A stretch of 64,000 nucleotides of DNA from the human T2T-CHM13v2.0 reference genome, Homo sapiens, in NCBI RefSeq assembly GCF_009914755.1, contig NC_060935.1, one strand, 5' to 3'. Both the position numbers and the translations under genes were made by a program. The notes beneath the pieces were generated by a model. It did no database searches, was not told the DNA's origin, and saw only the letters and a list, made by a program, of their open reading frames with translations. Every line of letters begins with the position of its first letter. Positions within the stretch are counted from its first letter, which is position 1. Of this stretch, positions 45,002 to 61,981 are shown one piece after another.

Positions 45002-47229
45002 ATTCTTGACTTTTCAATTGAAGGCCTCTTTTTTTTTTTTTTTTTTTTTTACACCACACGGCCCTCTCCTAAGACTTGTTAAGAACAAAAGGAGTCTCAG
45101 ACTAGGAGTCAGAGGTCTCTGTTTTCAGACAAGCCACTCAACTTCTCTGAGTATCAATTTCCTTATTTGACAAATGGGAACCACCACCACCATCTTTTTT
45201 TCTCTGATCACAATATGAAGGTTATATAAGATAATGGAAGTAAACGTAGCTTTAGTGTGAAATTATGGCATATACTAAGCCAGGGACAATGCTTAGGTTG
45301 ATGACTCCCACCTCCCACTGTTGGTGACAAAGTCAAAACCAGAGTCAACCCTACAAGAATCATATCATTTAACCTAATAACAGCCCTTTAAAAATTGGCT
45401 TTATTACCCTCATTTTACAGGTAAGAAAATCGGGGCACAGAGAGCTTAACACTTGCCAAAACTTATAAACCTAGTAAATATCAAGTTCATCACATTCTAA
45501 GGAGTTTTCCATGCTGCTCTCCAAACAATTATAGAATAAAAGCTTTCCTTCCTCTTCAGTTTCAATTAGCACCAGGCAGATGGAATAGTGCTAATCTTAA
45601 ATTGGGAACATTCTACTGTGTCTCAGGCCAAATCAAAATAAGAGTTAGTCTTGTAGGTAAGTATACCTTGATTCAACCCCTGTGGAGGCAAAAATTGAAT
45701 CTGTATATTAGAAAATATTCTGATCTCAATTTAGAAATTATTTTAATGAGACTGAAAACCTGACAGGAAAAGCAAAAATGAGCAATCTTTAAAAAAAAAA
45801 AAAAAAAAATTCGGTGCTATGATTATGAAACACAAAAGAGCCTAGGCTTTGAAATCAGACAGTTCAATCTCAGGGTAGAAAAGAAAACCTGGACAAAGCC
45901 CCGGAAGAATGAATGATCAGAACAAGAAAAGTTCAAGATGCTGCTATGGCTGGAGCAAATGGGGTTGGTAGTGGGATCTAAAGAAATACAGACTCCTATC
46001 TTTCTCTTCCCCTCTAGAAACCCCCACATGCTACAAGGAACCTAGCCTGTGATGCTTCCCACACAGCTCCAAAAAGTGCAGACTGGTAAAGTCACTGAGA
46101 AAGTCTAAAACCCTCCTTTGCTGACACTTCAGCCTAAGTGTCTCTGCAGAGACAGACTGAGGGTCTCTGCAGGGATAGGCTGTCAGGAGACACATATCAC
46201 AATGCTGGCCTTCAGACAATTTGGGGCAGGCTTTTTTAGTAGGATGATGTCACTGCTATTATTTGCAGCTTTAAATACCTATATTCCTGTAGCTAGGAAT
46301 TATTTTATTTAGGATGACAGTGTAGATTTTTTTTTAAAGACATATTTGGAATTTACTAAAGAGGAGAATAGTGTGAATATATCATTTTCTCAGAAAGAGC
46401 TCTGGCACAGGGCAGATATCTAGACCCAAGGATGCCAGACTCCAAACCCTTTCTTGTAGTCAGAGCCTCTCAGACCTCAGTGGGACCTGTGAATGGACTT
46501 CAAATGAAAGCAACAGATTCACTGCTGTGGTAACTTCACCATCCAAAATTCATTCCCTTGACAAGTTCCATCAGCATTCCCTGAGGGTCTACTAGATGCA
46601 ATGCCCTGTGTTGAGTGCATTCAAGGAGCAGCCAATGAATCAGAGGCAACAGATATGTAAACAGCTGATTGTGAAAAGAGAGAGAATGAAGTAAATACTC
46701 CATCAGAAGTAGAAAAAAAGGGGACTGTTTATGACTATAGAGGTCAGAGAGGTTTCACCAGGTAATTCCTTCCTCTTATTGTTATCTTCCTCACTGTATT
46801 CAGGCTCTGACATCCATAGCAGACATCTGAACTAGGACTCTGAGGGATTTTATCAGACAGTGAAGAGAGTTGGCTAAGCCAGACAGAGGAGAGGATAAAG
46901 GCAAAAAGCCAGAGGAGTAAATGTACTGGGGTATGTCTAAGGAGTAGCCAGTGGCGATAGTTGGAGTGCACAGTATACCAAGGAACTAATAAGAAATGAG
47001 GACGAAAGGTACCTTTGGGTCAGATACTAGAGATCCTTGAATGACAGCCCAAGGAACTTGAAATTTATTCTCTAAGCAAAAGGGAACTATTACAATGTTT
47101 TTAAGCAGAGCAGTGGCATGATTTGACTTATATTTTAGAATGATCACTCTTGCAGAAATGTGAAAGGTATAAGAAGATTGAAAGCAAGGAGATCAGTTAG
47201 GAGGCTTTGTGTTATAATAGTCTAGTTAA

Positions 47230-48930
<1,701 letters not shown>

Positions 48931-49775
48931 ACAGATGATGAAGATCTAGAATACAGCAGTAGCAGTGGGAGTAGAGAAGAAAGATATTTTTCCAGGGTCA
49001 CACAGTGAAGTTAAAGGTAAGACTGAGACTAGACTCTTTCTGAACCTCATATTTCCTTCCTGCTATATAGGGCTTGTGTGGTGCCAAAGAAAATACTCTT
49101 CTAAGAATTAGAAGGTTATGTGTCTCATAGTGATTAAATATTGGGGGTTATAGAAAAAAAAAAGAAGATAACAAATCTTCAAGTGAGTCAGGCTGAGGTT
49201 TACAGGACATCGGGTTTTTGGTGAGGAAAAACATATTTCAGACTCCCCCATTTGATGAGAACAAAGTTTAATAACTTCAAATGTTCCTTCAACACTGAGA
49301 TAATGACCTTGCTATTCGAAGAGTCCTTGTTCCCATTTTGGCCCAGTCCTATGAGTGTCCGAATAACCAGTGACTAAATTAGTCTCAGACCTACTGTCTC
49401 CTCCAAAGTCTAGTACTGTTTAGACAGTGGGGACAAGCTGTAGCTGTCAACAAAAGCAAATTTTATCCTTTCTTAAAATGGACCAATGTGACCCACACTA
49501 TCAAGACCTTTTCAAAACAAGTGGAATAGAGGAAAACATCTCTTTACCAAAGGGCAGAAAAATATAATAGAAAGAATATGGACTCTAGAGTTAGATCCAG
49601 TTGTGATTGCTGACTCTTCCCCCTTGGGATGATTATTTAATCTCTTTGAACTGGAATTTCCTCCTCTGTTAAATGGGGACAAATAATTGTTGTAAAGCGT
49701 TAGGAAAAGAATCTTTAAAGCACATATCAGAAGTGCCAGAAACACAGTAGGAGCCTAAAATATAGTAACTAATTT

Positions 49776-50087
49776 CAGGGGTCCCCAACTCCGAAGACCA
49801 GTACCATGGCCTGTTAGGAACTGGGCCTCACAGAAGGGGACAAGGGAGCAAAGCTGAGCTCCACCTCCTGTCAGATCAGTGGCAGCATTAGATTCTGATA
49901 GGAGCACAAACTCTACTGTGAACTACACATGAGAAGGATCTAGGTTGTGTGTTCCTTATGAGAATCTAATGATAAATGTAATGCATTTGCATCATTCTGA
50001 ACCACCCCCACCCCCACAAGCTCAGTCCATGGAAAAATTGTCTTCCCTGAAACCAGTCCCTAATGCCAAAAATGTTGGGGACCACTG
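49776..50087 (+). mobile_element. MER1B (hAT-Charlie)
   Basis: TIRs caggggtccccaac / gttggggaccactg; internal cctcctgtcagatcagtggcagcattagattct. Confidence 0.92.
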
Positions 50088-51449
50088 ATTTATTTAGTGC
50101 ATTTTTGCTACATTATTTGCAAAATTTTGCTAGTATTTACTACATTATCTGCATTATTTTACAACATTTACAAGATAATTTGCATTTCTGCTACATTATG
50201 CAACTCTACCTTTTGCAAATAACCAATATATAAAGCTTTGTATGCATCTAGGATATAATTTATGTCTCATATCAACCCTGAGAGATTATGCAATAGAAGT
50301 GTTATTCTCTAAGGAACCGAAGTATGAACAGAATGAACTGACCTACCCAATGTTTAACAATGAGTTAAACATATAGCTGAGTCCTGAAAAACATGTACTC
50401 CTAATACCCTCTTCAGTGGTCTTTTCCTCTCGTAGGACTTATGTGATGCTAAGGGAAATGGTCTTTCTTAAGAGTTACCCCTTTCACCAGAATGTGGACT
50501 GATATGGAAGGCAATCATCTCTCTGAGATGAGAGTGCAGTTAAGGCCAACGAAGAAAGAAGTAAAGCATCTTTCCCCCACTCTGAACCAGAACAGGAAGA
50601 CTCATCTTTCTAGCTACTTGGAGCTATCAAAATGGCACTCTTCATAAGGACCTAAGTGAAGAAGCCCCACAAAAGCCAAGTAATTTCACAACATGTCATA
50701 ACTAGAAGGGGTCTTAAATACCAAGTCTAACTTACCCACGTATAGATGGTGAAGCTGATATCTGGAGAAGAGAAAGGATATACCTGAAGTCACAAAAAGT
50801 AACAATATGCCAATCCTATAACTGCTGAATGGCCTTAAAATAAGGTCACTCTAAAGTTCATTTGGTAACTGTTTATCACACATCAACACAAGGTACTGTC
50901 TTTATCCCACTCTTGTACTCTAAAGTTTAAGCCTGTGTGGGTTTTTTTTGTCTCCTCAATTAACGTGAATAACCCCATCTTACTCATCTGTGTCCTCCCA
51001 CAAGCTTAAACAGTTGGTGCTCAACAAGTAATTGTAGTATGACATAATGATTCCAGATATGCAAGGTTGTTTTAATATCCAAAAAATCAATTCATTAATA
51101 CCCCATAATAACACAATAAAGGGAAAAAGCCATAGAATTATCTCTGTTGACACAGAAAAAGCATTTGACAAAATCTGATACCCTCTTACAAAAAAAATAC
51201 TCAAGAAATGAGGAATAGAAGGCAACTTCCTTAATCTGATAAAAGGCATCTATGAAAAACCCACAGTTAATATCATACTAAACTGAATGCTTTCTCCCTA
51301 AAATCAGAAACAAGACAAAGATGTCCATTTTTGCCACTTCTATTTAACATTGCACTGAAGGTTCTGGTCAGAGCAATTAGGTGGAAAAAAAAAAGAAATA
51401 AAGAAAAGAAAAAGAAATACAAGCACCTAGATTAGAAAAAAAGCAGTTT

Positions 51450-51603
51450 AGCTGGTTGTGGTGGCATGCACCTGTAGTCTCAGCTAATCAGGAGGCTGAG
51501 GCTGGAGGAATGCTTAAACCCAAGAAATCAAGGTTGCAGTGAACTACAATTGCACCACTGCACTCCTGCCTAGGTGGCGGAATGAGACCCTGTCTCAAAA
51601 AAA
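51450..51603 (+). mobile_element. Alu right monomer (FRAM/AluJ half)
   Basis: Single arm with an A tail. Confidence 0.8.
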
Positions 51604-52436
51604 GAGTAAAACTATCTATATTCACAGATGACATAATCTTGTATATAGAAAATTCTAAGGAATCAACACCAAAAAAAAAATCTGTTGGAATTAAAAAGTT
51701 CAACAAGGTTTCAGGATACAAAAATCAACTGTATTTCTATACACAGCAATGAACAATCCAAAAACTGAAATTAAAAAAAAAAACATTTAGAATAGCATCA
51801 AAAAGAAAAACAGAAGTGTAAAACTTGTACAACCTTGAAAAAGAAAAACAAAGAAGACTAATACTTCCCAATTTCAAAACTTGATTATAAACCTAGAGTA
51901 ATCAAGACAGTATGGTATTGGCATAAGAATAAAGATACAGATCAATTAAATGGAACTGAGAGTCAAGAAATTAATGCTTATGTTTGTGGTCAATTATTTT
52001 TCAACAAGAGTGCCAAGACAATGCAACGAAGAAAGAATAGTCTTTTCAACAAAGGGTGCTGAAACAACTGGATATAAACATGCAAAAGAATGAAAATTGA
52101 CCTCTATCACCTCATACCACATGGAAAAACTAACTCAAAATGGATCACAGCTTTAACTGTAAGAGCTAAAAGTATAAAACTCTCAGAGGAAAACATAGGT
52201 GTAAATATTCATGACCCTGAATGGTTTCTTAGACATAACACCAAAAGCAAACAACAAAAGAAGAACTAAATAAACTGGACTACATCAAAAATAAAAACTT
52301 TTGTGCTATAAATAATGTCATCAAGAAAGCAAAAAGACAATCCACAAAATTGGAGAAAATATTTGCAAAACATATATTTGATAGGAGACTTGTATCCAGG
52401 ATATATAAAGAACTCTTATAATAATAGTAAAAAAGA

Positions 52437-52770
<334 letters not shown>

Positions 52771-53363
52771 CTAAATAGACATTTGTCCCAGGAAGATATC
52801 CAAGTGGCCAATAAACACATGAAAAGATACTCAAAATCATTAGTCTTTAAGGAAATTCAAATCAAAACCATATGAGACAGATACCATTTCACACCCACTA
52901 AGATGCCTAAAATAAAAAGATAGTAACAAGTATTTACAAGGATGTGGAGAAATTAGAACTCTCATACACTGCTGGTGGAAATGTAAAATGGTACAGCCCC
53001 TTTAGAAAACAGTCAGGTAGTTCCTCAAAAAGTTAAACATAGAGTTAGCACATGACCCTGCAATTCTACTCCTAAATATATACTTAAAGGTAAATGAAAA
53101 TATATATCTACACAAAAAATGTACATAAATGTTCATAGTAGCATTAGTCGCAGCCAAAAAATGGAAACAACCCAAATATCCATGAACTGATAAAGGAATA
53201 AATAAAATGTGGCATATCCATACAACAGAATTCAGCAGTAAATACAATTACATAGATAAACAGAATTCCATACAATAGAATATTTTTCAGCAAAAAAATA
53301 CTGCCAAATATTATTTAGCAATAAAATGAAAAACACACATTACAACATCCATGTTTCTTTTAG

Positions 53364-54002
<639 letters not shown>

Positions 54003-54378
54003 AAGACAAAATATTCTAAAACTAGATTGTAGTACTTGTACAACCCTGTGAATATACAAAAAAAAAAAAAAAAATTGAAATTAAAACCCCACTGGAAACA
54101 AGAAAAAAAACACTGAATTGTATACACTCTAAGTAGGTGAATTTCATGGTATGTGAATTATCTCAATAAAGCTGCTAAACATACCCATACACACATACAC
54201 AACTATGGTAGAATGGCAAGAATACCCACTGGACTTAAAGGGTCAGTCAAGTTGAGGTCAAATCCTGGTCTATCACTATCTATATGATCATGACTTCACA
54301 CTGAACCTTAGCTTCTCTGTAAAGTTAGGATAAAAATAGTAATCCCTGCCTTCGCAAGGTGGCTGGAAGATTATATAA

Positions 54379-54748
<370 letters not shown>

Positions 54749-55889
54749 CACATATTTTCTCTTAATAGACATCCCTTATCACTAGTATTACTGAACAAAA
54801 TAACTGAAAATGGAAGAGGACATTTTCCTCAACTAATTTAAGTAGATTTGTGTGTTTTTCCAACAAACTAAAGGGAAAATGAGCAGACCCCAATGTTTAT
54901 AATGAAGAGTAAGAAGGCGCTAGAGTATGTGTACATAGGCACTCAGAGTGCAGTTCTGAATAAAGAAGGGTTAAAGTAGCTACTCCAACTGCCTTCTTCC
55001 TCTATAATCCAAACTCTGCTTTCTGTTTCAATTGGTAGACCATGACCGCCACATCACCACTGAAATAGGAAGGTGTTCAGGAGAAATAACATGATTCCCA
55101 GTTCCAGGTTGGCAGGGAGAGTAAGGTTTCCCTGTTTCTCAGTAGACACTTACTCTATGGTTGGAGGCCACACCAGGATATCACTGGTGGGCAACCAAAG
55201 ATGGGAAGGAGAAAAGAACAGCTGTTTAATACTTTTGTTTACAGAAAAGAAAACCAACAGATTTGGCTAAGACCACAGAGCAAAATCATATAGCTCTAAT
55301 CATGATAGGCATGTGGCAAGCAGCACTATGTTGTACAAAGAATTCTGGGCTTAAGGATAGAAAAAATCAGATCTAGTCCCAGAAGTGCTACCAAACTGCT
55401 ATATAATCTTGACTAAGTCAATTTATCTCTCTCTCTTAATTACCTCTCATGTGCCTACTGATTCAGAATTTTCATAAAGTGACTACTGCATGCAAGACAC
55501 TGTGCTGGAATACTGTGAACAAAACAGAGTCCTACATTTATGTAACTTATAGGATAGAACACTGCAGAAGTCAGATGTTAAAGAAATAAACAATCTAATT
55601 ATAACATAATTACAACTTGTGATACACAGCCAGTGCCAATCAGGAAGTAAGATATGCGTGGGAAAGCACATATGCAGAAGAAAACTTCACCAGCAAACTC
55701 CAAATTACATATCAGAAGAAGCTTCTCTCAGCTCTCCCTCCATCTCAAACAGGGACTCAGTATTTCTTTGCTGTACAGTATGTCACCTGACTGCCTGCTT
55801 CTTAGTATAGCTGGAAGCATCATGGTCAATCACAAATAAACTAAAATGCGCGACAGATGCCAGTCAGTTGCATCAGTTACTATGAGATT

Positions 55890-56410
55890 TTACACAAGCC
55901 TCTTTCTCTGAGTCTGTTTCTTTATCTATAAAATGGGGATGATACTACCTATTTCACAGTACTGTTCTGAGGATAAAATAGGAAAAAGTCGTCTGGAAAC
56001 TAAAACAATGAATTGGGATAACAACACTAAATCATTAAGATAAAGAGGTAAATCATTTACTCTAGTGTGCCCTCAACATTCAGTAGCAGGTTAGGCACAC
56101 AACAGATCTATGCCTATCTGTTCCCATCTGTAAAACAATGATAACATCAGAACTCACTTCACAGAGTGATTGTAAGTATTAAATGAGATAACATATAGGT
56201 CAGGTACTTAGCACAGTCCCTGACACATACTTAGAAAAACATTAACTGCTATTAATTCACCTAACCTTACTTTCCTTCAATTTCCTCATCTGTGAAACAG
56301 TGATAGTAAGAGTACCTAACTTATACGATTATTATGAGGATTAAATAAAGGCTTAGAACAGTGTCTGGTACACAGTGAGTGCTAAATAAGATTATAATAA
56401 TATTATTAAT
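55890..56410 (+). mobile_element. Cluster of MIR fragments
   Basis: Repeated MIR cores (catctgtaaaacaatgataa, ttaaatgagataa). Confidence 0.7.
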
Positions 56411-56451
56411 TTTATCTTTTAGCTGTCCCCACAATTCACATGAATACAGAC

Positions 56452-56670
56452 CACTGGTTCTCAACAAAAGTTGATTTTGCCTTCCAGGTGACATTTGGCA
56501 ATGTCTAGAGATGTTTTTTATTGTCATGTCTTGGGGAAGAGGTAGCCACTACCGGCATCTAGCAGGCAGAGGACAGGGATGCAACTAAACATCCTATGAG
56601 GCACAGGACAGCCCCATACTCCCCAAAGACTTATGCGGTCCAAAATATACACAGTACCAAGATTGAGAAA
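56452..56670 (+). mobile_element. MER20
   Basis: cactggttctcaac...gacatttggcaatgtctagaga...gattgagaaa. Confidence 0.85.
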
Positions 56671-57077
56671 TTCAAATATAGACTAAACAAATCAAACAAA
56701 AGTTCTCTCGTGAACTCCTCTGAACTCTTTAAGAGTATATGGATCTCCCTTCTAGACTTTATTAGATAGGTATAAATGTTTTCGATATCTCCAAGACTTA
56801 GAATGAGCAAGTAATCTACAAAAGAATAGATATTCAATAGGAAAGCCAGCACTGGAACTGAGGTCTCCTGATTCCCAGACTTGTGCTGCTTCCAAGAGCT
56901 AACTCAACAATATGTCTCAGGTACCTCACAAGCATTTCCTTTCCTTCTCCCTCTTCTCCTTGGACTACCCAGTTTGAAAACAACATCTATTTCTTTTCCA
57001 GCATCATCAGAGGTCAAACACAGCACTGGCCTCTGTCCCCACCCTCCCCAGTTAAAATACCTTCCCAAGGACCTGTC

Positions 57078-57380
57078 CTTCTGGGGAAGCCCCAGGACAC
57101 TTACAATCATGGCAGAAGGTAAAGAGGGAAACAGGCACGTCACATAGCCAGAGCAGGAGCAAGAGAGAGGGGTGCAAGAGGTGCCACACACTTTTAAACA
57201 ACCAGATCTCATGAGAATTCACTCACTATCATGAGAACAGCACCAAGGGGATAGTGCTAAACCATTCATGAGAAATCCATTCCCATGATCCAACCACCTC
57301 TCACCAAGCCCCACCTCCAACATTAGGGATTACAATTAAACATGAGATTTGGGCCCAGGACACATATCCAAACTGTATCA
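57078..57380 (-). mobile_element. MSTA/MSTB MaLR LTR (partial)
   Basis: cttacaatcatggcagaagg...ccagatctcatgagaattcactcactatcatgagaacagcaccaagggg...ccaaactgtatca. Confidence 0.88.
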
Positions 57381-58025
57381 AAGGCTTGCCTCCAAAACAG
57401 ACAATGAGCTTCTTTAGGTGCTCTATAAATGTTTGTGGATGGAGCCCTTTACCTTCTCGTGTTAGGCTGAAGAACAACTTGATATTTTTAGACTGAAATC
57501 TGTGTAATTTTAACTAATGCTGTTGCTCCCAATAGAAATCTCAAGGTACACAGGTCACATGGCACTTAAAAATATATAGTTTTAGAGCTTGGTAACAGCT
57601 TCTCTAAAAGAGCTGTTTATGGAAAGACATCTAGGTCTTGCTACCAGGAAACCACAGTCCTAACGTCAGTTCTGTCACAGAACCTCTGTGTATGACATTG
57701 GGCAGATGGCTTTACCTCTCTGGAACTCAGTTATTAATCTATAAAATGGTGATTAAAATAGACTATATGATCAGTAAATTTCTTTCTAGTACTAGTACAT
57801 TCTGCAAGCCTATGAAAAAATAAATTATTTTAATAAAAACCACTCACCCACAAAGACATGAGGATGAATTTGAGGCTCTAGAACTGAGCTCCTGGGTCTC
57901 TGTCTTGCCTGATTCTCTTAGCTGGAGGCAGAGTGGAAGAGTCACACCCAATGGTCCGATATACATCATTTCATTTGCCTAAGCCTGTTTCCTCATGTGA
58001 GAGGCCAGTGATTCGAAGCCATGAA

Positions 58026-58361
58026 GAGCATGCTATCTCCTCTATCTTTTAAATGTTAGGACTTTGGCTTTTAAGCCAAACTAAACTTTAGTTTAGTTTT
58101 TAAAAGAAAAAGCCAAAATATCTAACCAAGAAAATGAGTGCTTCTACTCTAGTTTTAAAACTAGAAGCCCTATAGAGGAGCATGCTATCTCTTCTATCTT
58201 TTAAAAGTTAGGGCTTTGGCTTTTAAAACCAAAAAGCCAAAATATCTAACCAAGAAAATAACTGCTTCTACTTCTAGTTTTAAAAGCCAAAATTATATAT
58301 ATACATAAAATAAAAAATGAAAGCCAAAATATCTAACCAAGAAAATGCCTGCTTCTAGAAG
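58026..58361. repeat. Complex local duplication with embedded palindromes
   Basis: Unit gagcatgctatctc...aagccaaaatatctaaccaagaaaat..gcttcta at 58026 and 58178, with a partial third copy at 58320. Confidence 0.9.
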
Positions 58362-59190
58362 TACAGGGCTCACCAACATGGAAGTACACAGATACTGGAA
58401 AACTACCTGGCAGGAACTTTGAAGAGAGAGTTCAAACATGGGTTAAAGGTTGTGTTAGATGCCCCTAAAGGGAAATTTCAGTCCCTAATATTCTACAATT
58501 CTCTTTTCAGACATTACAGAAAGAATAACCCTTAGCAGACTTCTAGAGAAAAAAAAATACCCAAGGACTTTTCTGGTCCTATCCTTTCTCCTGCCCTCCT
58601 TCTATGTCTCTACCTCAGTACAATGGGTCATTCACTTCCAGAGACATCATGGCTATACTGTACTTGCCTTCTCTTTTCTGGGTTTAACATATGGAGAGGG
58701 AAAGAGGACTAAATTGTCAAGGAAATTTAAATTGTCAAGAACCATCAGGTGCCTGGGTCTGTATCAGGGAAAATTTCTCAGGAGAGTGGGAAGGTATAAG
58801 ATTGGCTCCACTCAGCAGTACCTAAGCTCAAGGTAGCCACTGGCTTCTCAGGTCACACAAATCAATGGCCCTCAAAGCATAAAGTTAGAAACCTAGTATG
58901 GATATTTAATCCAGCCCCAGTCACCCAGACTAGTCTAAGGTACACCTGTCATCGGAGAATCAGGTATTATAAACTTAATCCCCGGTGCCTCCACAGGTAA
59001 CGTTGGACCATTCACTGCTTCACTCTGAGCCAAGTGTAAAATGTACCAATTCCAAGTATAAAATGAATATATCAGAAAAGATCATTTGAAAAATTTCTTC
59101 AGTACTGATTTTGTTACTCTGCTATAAAATGGTATTTTTTAGAATTTAATTAGCATCTATCCTAAACTTTCAAACATACGAGAACAAAAA

Positions 59191-59345
59191 TAGCCAGGTG
59201 CAGGGCCTCGCATCTATAATCCTAGCTACTGAGGAGGCGGAAGCAGGAGAATAGTGTGAGGCCAGGAGTTTTGAGACCAGCCTAGGCAAAATAGTGAGAC
59301 CCCCATCTCTAAAAATAAAAAATAAAGAACAAAAATAATAATAAA
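59191..59345 (+). mobile_element. FLAM (Alu left monomer)
   Basis: Single arm ending gtgagacccccatctct plus an A-rich tail. Confidence 0.8.
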
Positions 59346-59767
59346 TACTTAGCACCTACTATAAGGGCACTTACTATAAGGGTAAGTACCATACTTAACA
59401 TGCCTATATCCTTTAATCTTCACAGCAATCCTAATTTATAAATGAGGAAACAAACTGAGAAAGGTTAAAAAACTTGCCCATAGTCACACAGGTAAATAGA
59501 AAACCTGGAACTTGACTCACCTCTGCTGATTCTAAATAGAACTCTTAGAATCTTTCTACTAAACCATTAATTTCCAGGCTTCTATTCCAAAATAGAATAT
59601 TTACTTGGAAAGAAAGAAAACAGACAGTAGGGAAAAGATGATTAGAGATAAGCTTCAATCAGCTAGTAAAGACCTGCTGTATACAGCAAGGGAAATAACA
59701 ATATGCATTGAAGCCACCAAAAAACAAGAGACCTTCTAAGCTGCTGGAAGCAAGATTCATCTGAATT

Positions 59768-59842
59768 CCTCCCACCTCTATCTGCCCCTCCCACCTCTAC
59801 CTGCTCCTCCCACCTCTACCTGCTCCTCCCACCTCTACCTCC
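59768..59842. repeat. 19-bp minisatellite, about 4 copies (CCTCCCACCTCTACCTGCT)
   Basis: Directly visible. Confidence 0.92.
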
Positions 59843-61139
59843 TCCATTAGTTTGTTCTCCAAAAGCTAGATGGGCTTGGGGATCCATATAGGCCAGGGAA
59901 AGTATGTTTACAGCTAAATAATCCAAAGGAGGCAGAGACCAACTTAGAAGACCAGTCCTTCTCACCTGCTGCTAACTCACTTGACCCCCTCCTCTCCCAA
60001 GAGGCCTGTACCATACTCTGCCTTTCAAGGGAAGGCCTTTAGCCCTGCAGACCTGGATCCTGTTCCTGAAGAAGCTTCAATCAGCTTAGAGACAGGAGAT
60101 GCAGCCATCGGTATTTAATGCCCATCTCTCCAAATACCGTCTTAAAAAAAAAAAAATCTAAAGGAAAGAAGGTGAGGAAAAGGCCTAAGTTTCTTAGAGA
60201 CATCTAGGTCCATTTCTCTGCCATCCTATCTGTAAAAAGGAGGGTAATCCCATACCCCTTGGGCTAGTCCTTGCTCAATGGCATCAGAAAAGCCAACCCA
60301 TTTCTTTTCACTGAGAAGTCCTTTGAGAATTCAATCACTCAATCCAGTGGTTTCCAAGCTTTTTTGTAAAGTCTCTCTACCTCTTTTTCCAATCAAATCT
60401 TACAGTAATGCCAATATTTCAACAGACGAAAAGTAGAGCTTCTCTGGCTGAAATGGAGGTGGATAAGTTCTATTTCCTCAGCCTCTTCTCACCTCCCAAC
60501 CTTACCCAGGTAGCTTGTGAGGCTCCACTTCAAAGCCCTAGTTTAACACTTCCTTGTTATACTTAAGGAAACTGCAGTCCAGAGAGAGAACATGACTTAG
60601 GATCACATGGTCAGTTAGTGGCAAAGCAAGAACTCAAACCCAGATGTACTGACTTCAAGGTTAGCTGATTTCCCATCTCATCACTACTCCTTTGAGATGA
60701 TCATGTAAAACTGAATGTGAGTTTTTAAAAGCATTAAGTATTGGAGATGCACAGTTTCATCAGCTAATTTTCTCCACAAGTAAGAGTCAAAATGCTCAGA
60801 CCTGCAAGGACCAAATCACCAGGTAACACCCAATAGCAAAGAAATCTTCTTGTGTTCCCGACCCTCACGAAAGTGTCTGGTTGCTGGTAAAACAGGCATG
60901 GTTGTGTTACCAACTTAGAAAAATTAATAGTAGAAAAATGAGACCCAGAAGGCTTCTGAAGGAATCCCTGCTCCCTTCACCCTCAGAAACTATCCCTTAA
61001 AGACATATGGGAATTCTCCTCATATCCACCATGCCTGGAACATGGAATAGAATCTTAACCTGTTTATTAAAGTTAATTCCTTAATACATGATATGTATAG
61101 CCTGGTCTCAAAATTTTTCTACCACTGTGAAAACCACTA

Positions 61140-61695
61140 CTTGGAGGTAGCCAGCCTCTAAGATAGTACCCTATGTTCCCTGTCTCCTGGTATTTGCATC
61201 CTTGTAGAGTCCTCTCCCACAGGGTTGGTCTATGTGACTGAAAGAATACAACAGAAGTGATGGTATGTCACTTCTGAAGTTTGATTACATTAGACACAGC
61301 AGCTTCTGTTTTGATTACTCTCCTCTCTCTTGGATCTCTTCTTTGAGGAAGCCAGCTGATATGCTGTGAACTGCCCTGCCCTATGGACAGGCACACATGG
61401 CAAAGAACTGAAGCTTTTAGCCAACAGCCAGGAAGAAACTGAGGCTGGCCAACAATGAACGGCATGAGTGAACTTGGAAGGAGTTCATTCCAGCCCTGCT
61501 TGAGCCTCCAGATGACTGCAGTCCTGGGCAACAGTTTGGCTGTAACCCCATTACAGACAGTGAAGCAGAACCACCCAGCCCAGCCACTCTAAGATTCCTG
61601 ACCCTCAGAAACTGTGTGAAATAATAAATGTTTATTTTTTTAAAACTGCTAGTTTTGCAGGTAATTTGTCTACACAACAATAGATAACTAATACA
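61140..61695 (+). mobile_element. MLT1 (E/F-like) MaLR LTR
   Basis: gagcctccagatgactgcagtcctgg; ctcagaaactgtgtgaaataataaatg; end caatagataactaataca. Confidence 0.88.
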
Positions 61696-61981
61696 ACCAT
61701 CAAACTAAGGTTTCCTGGGTTAACATCAGAAAGCCCCGATCATGAAACCAAAAGTCCAGCCGAAATGAAACCCAAAGCCTCAAGGCTTGGGGCTTCTCCT
61801 TAAACAACAACAGTCTCTGCTGCTTATTCACAAGGTGACCTTGTGCAATTCATTTCATCTCTCTTAGCCATGGTTTCCTTATTGAAGATACAGAGATATC
61901 ACCTTCCTTGCAGATTATTGTGAGGATTAAATGAGAATAGTTTCTAAAAGTATCTAAAACAGTATAGAATTATACAAAGTA

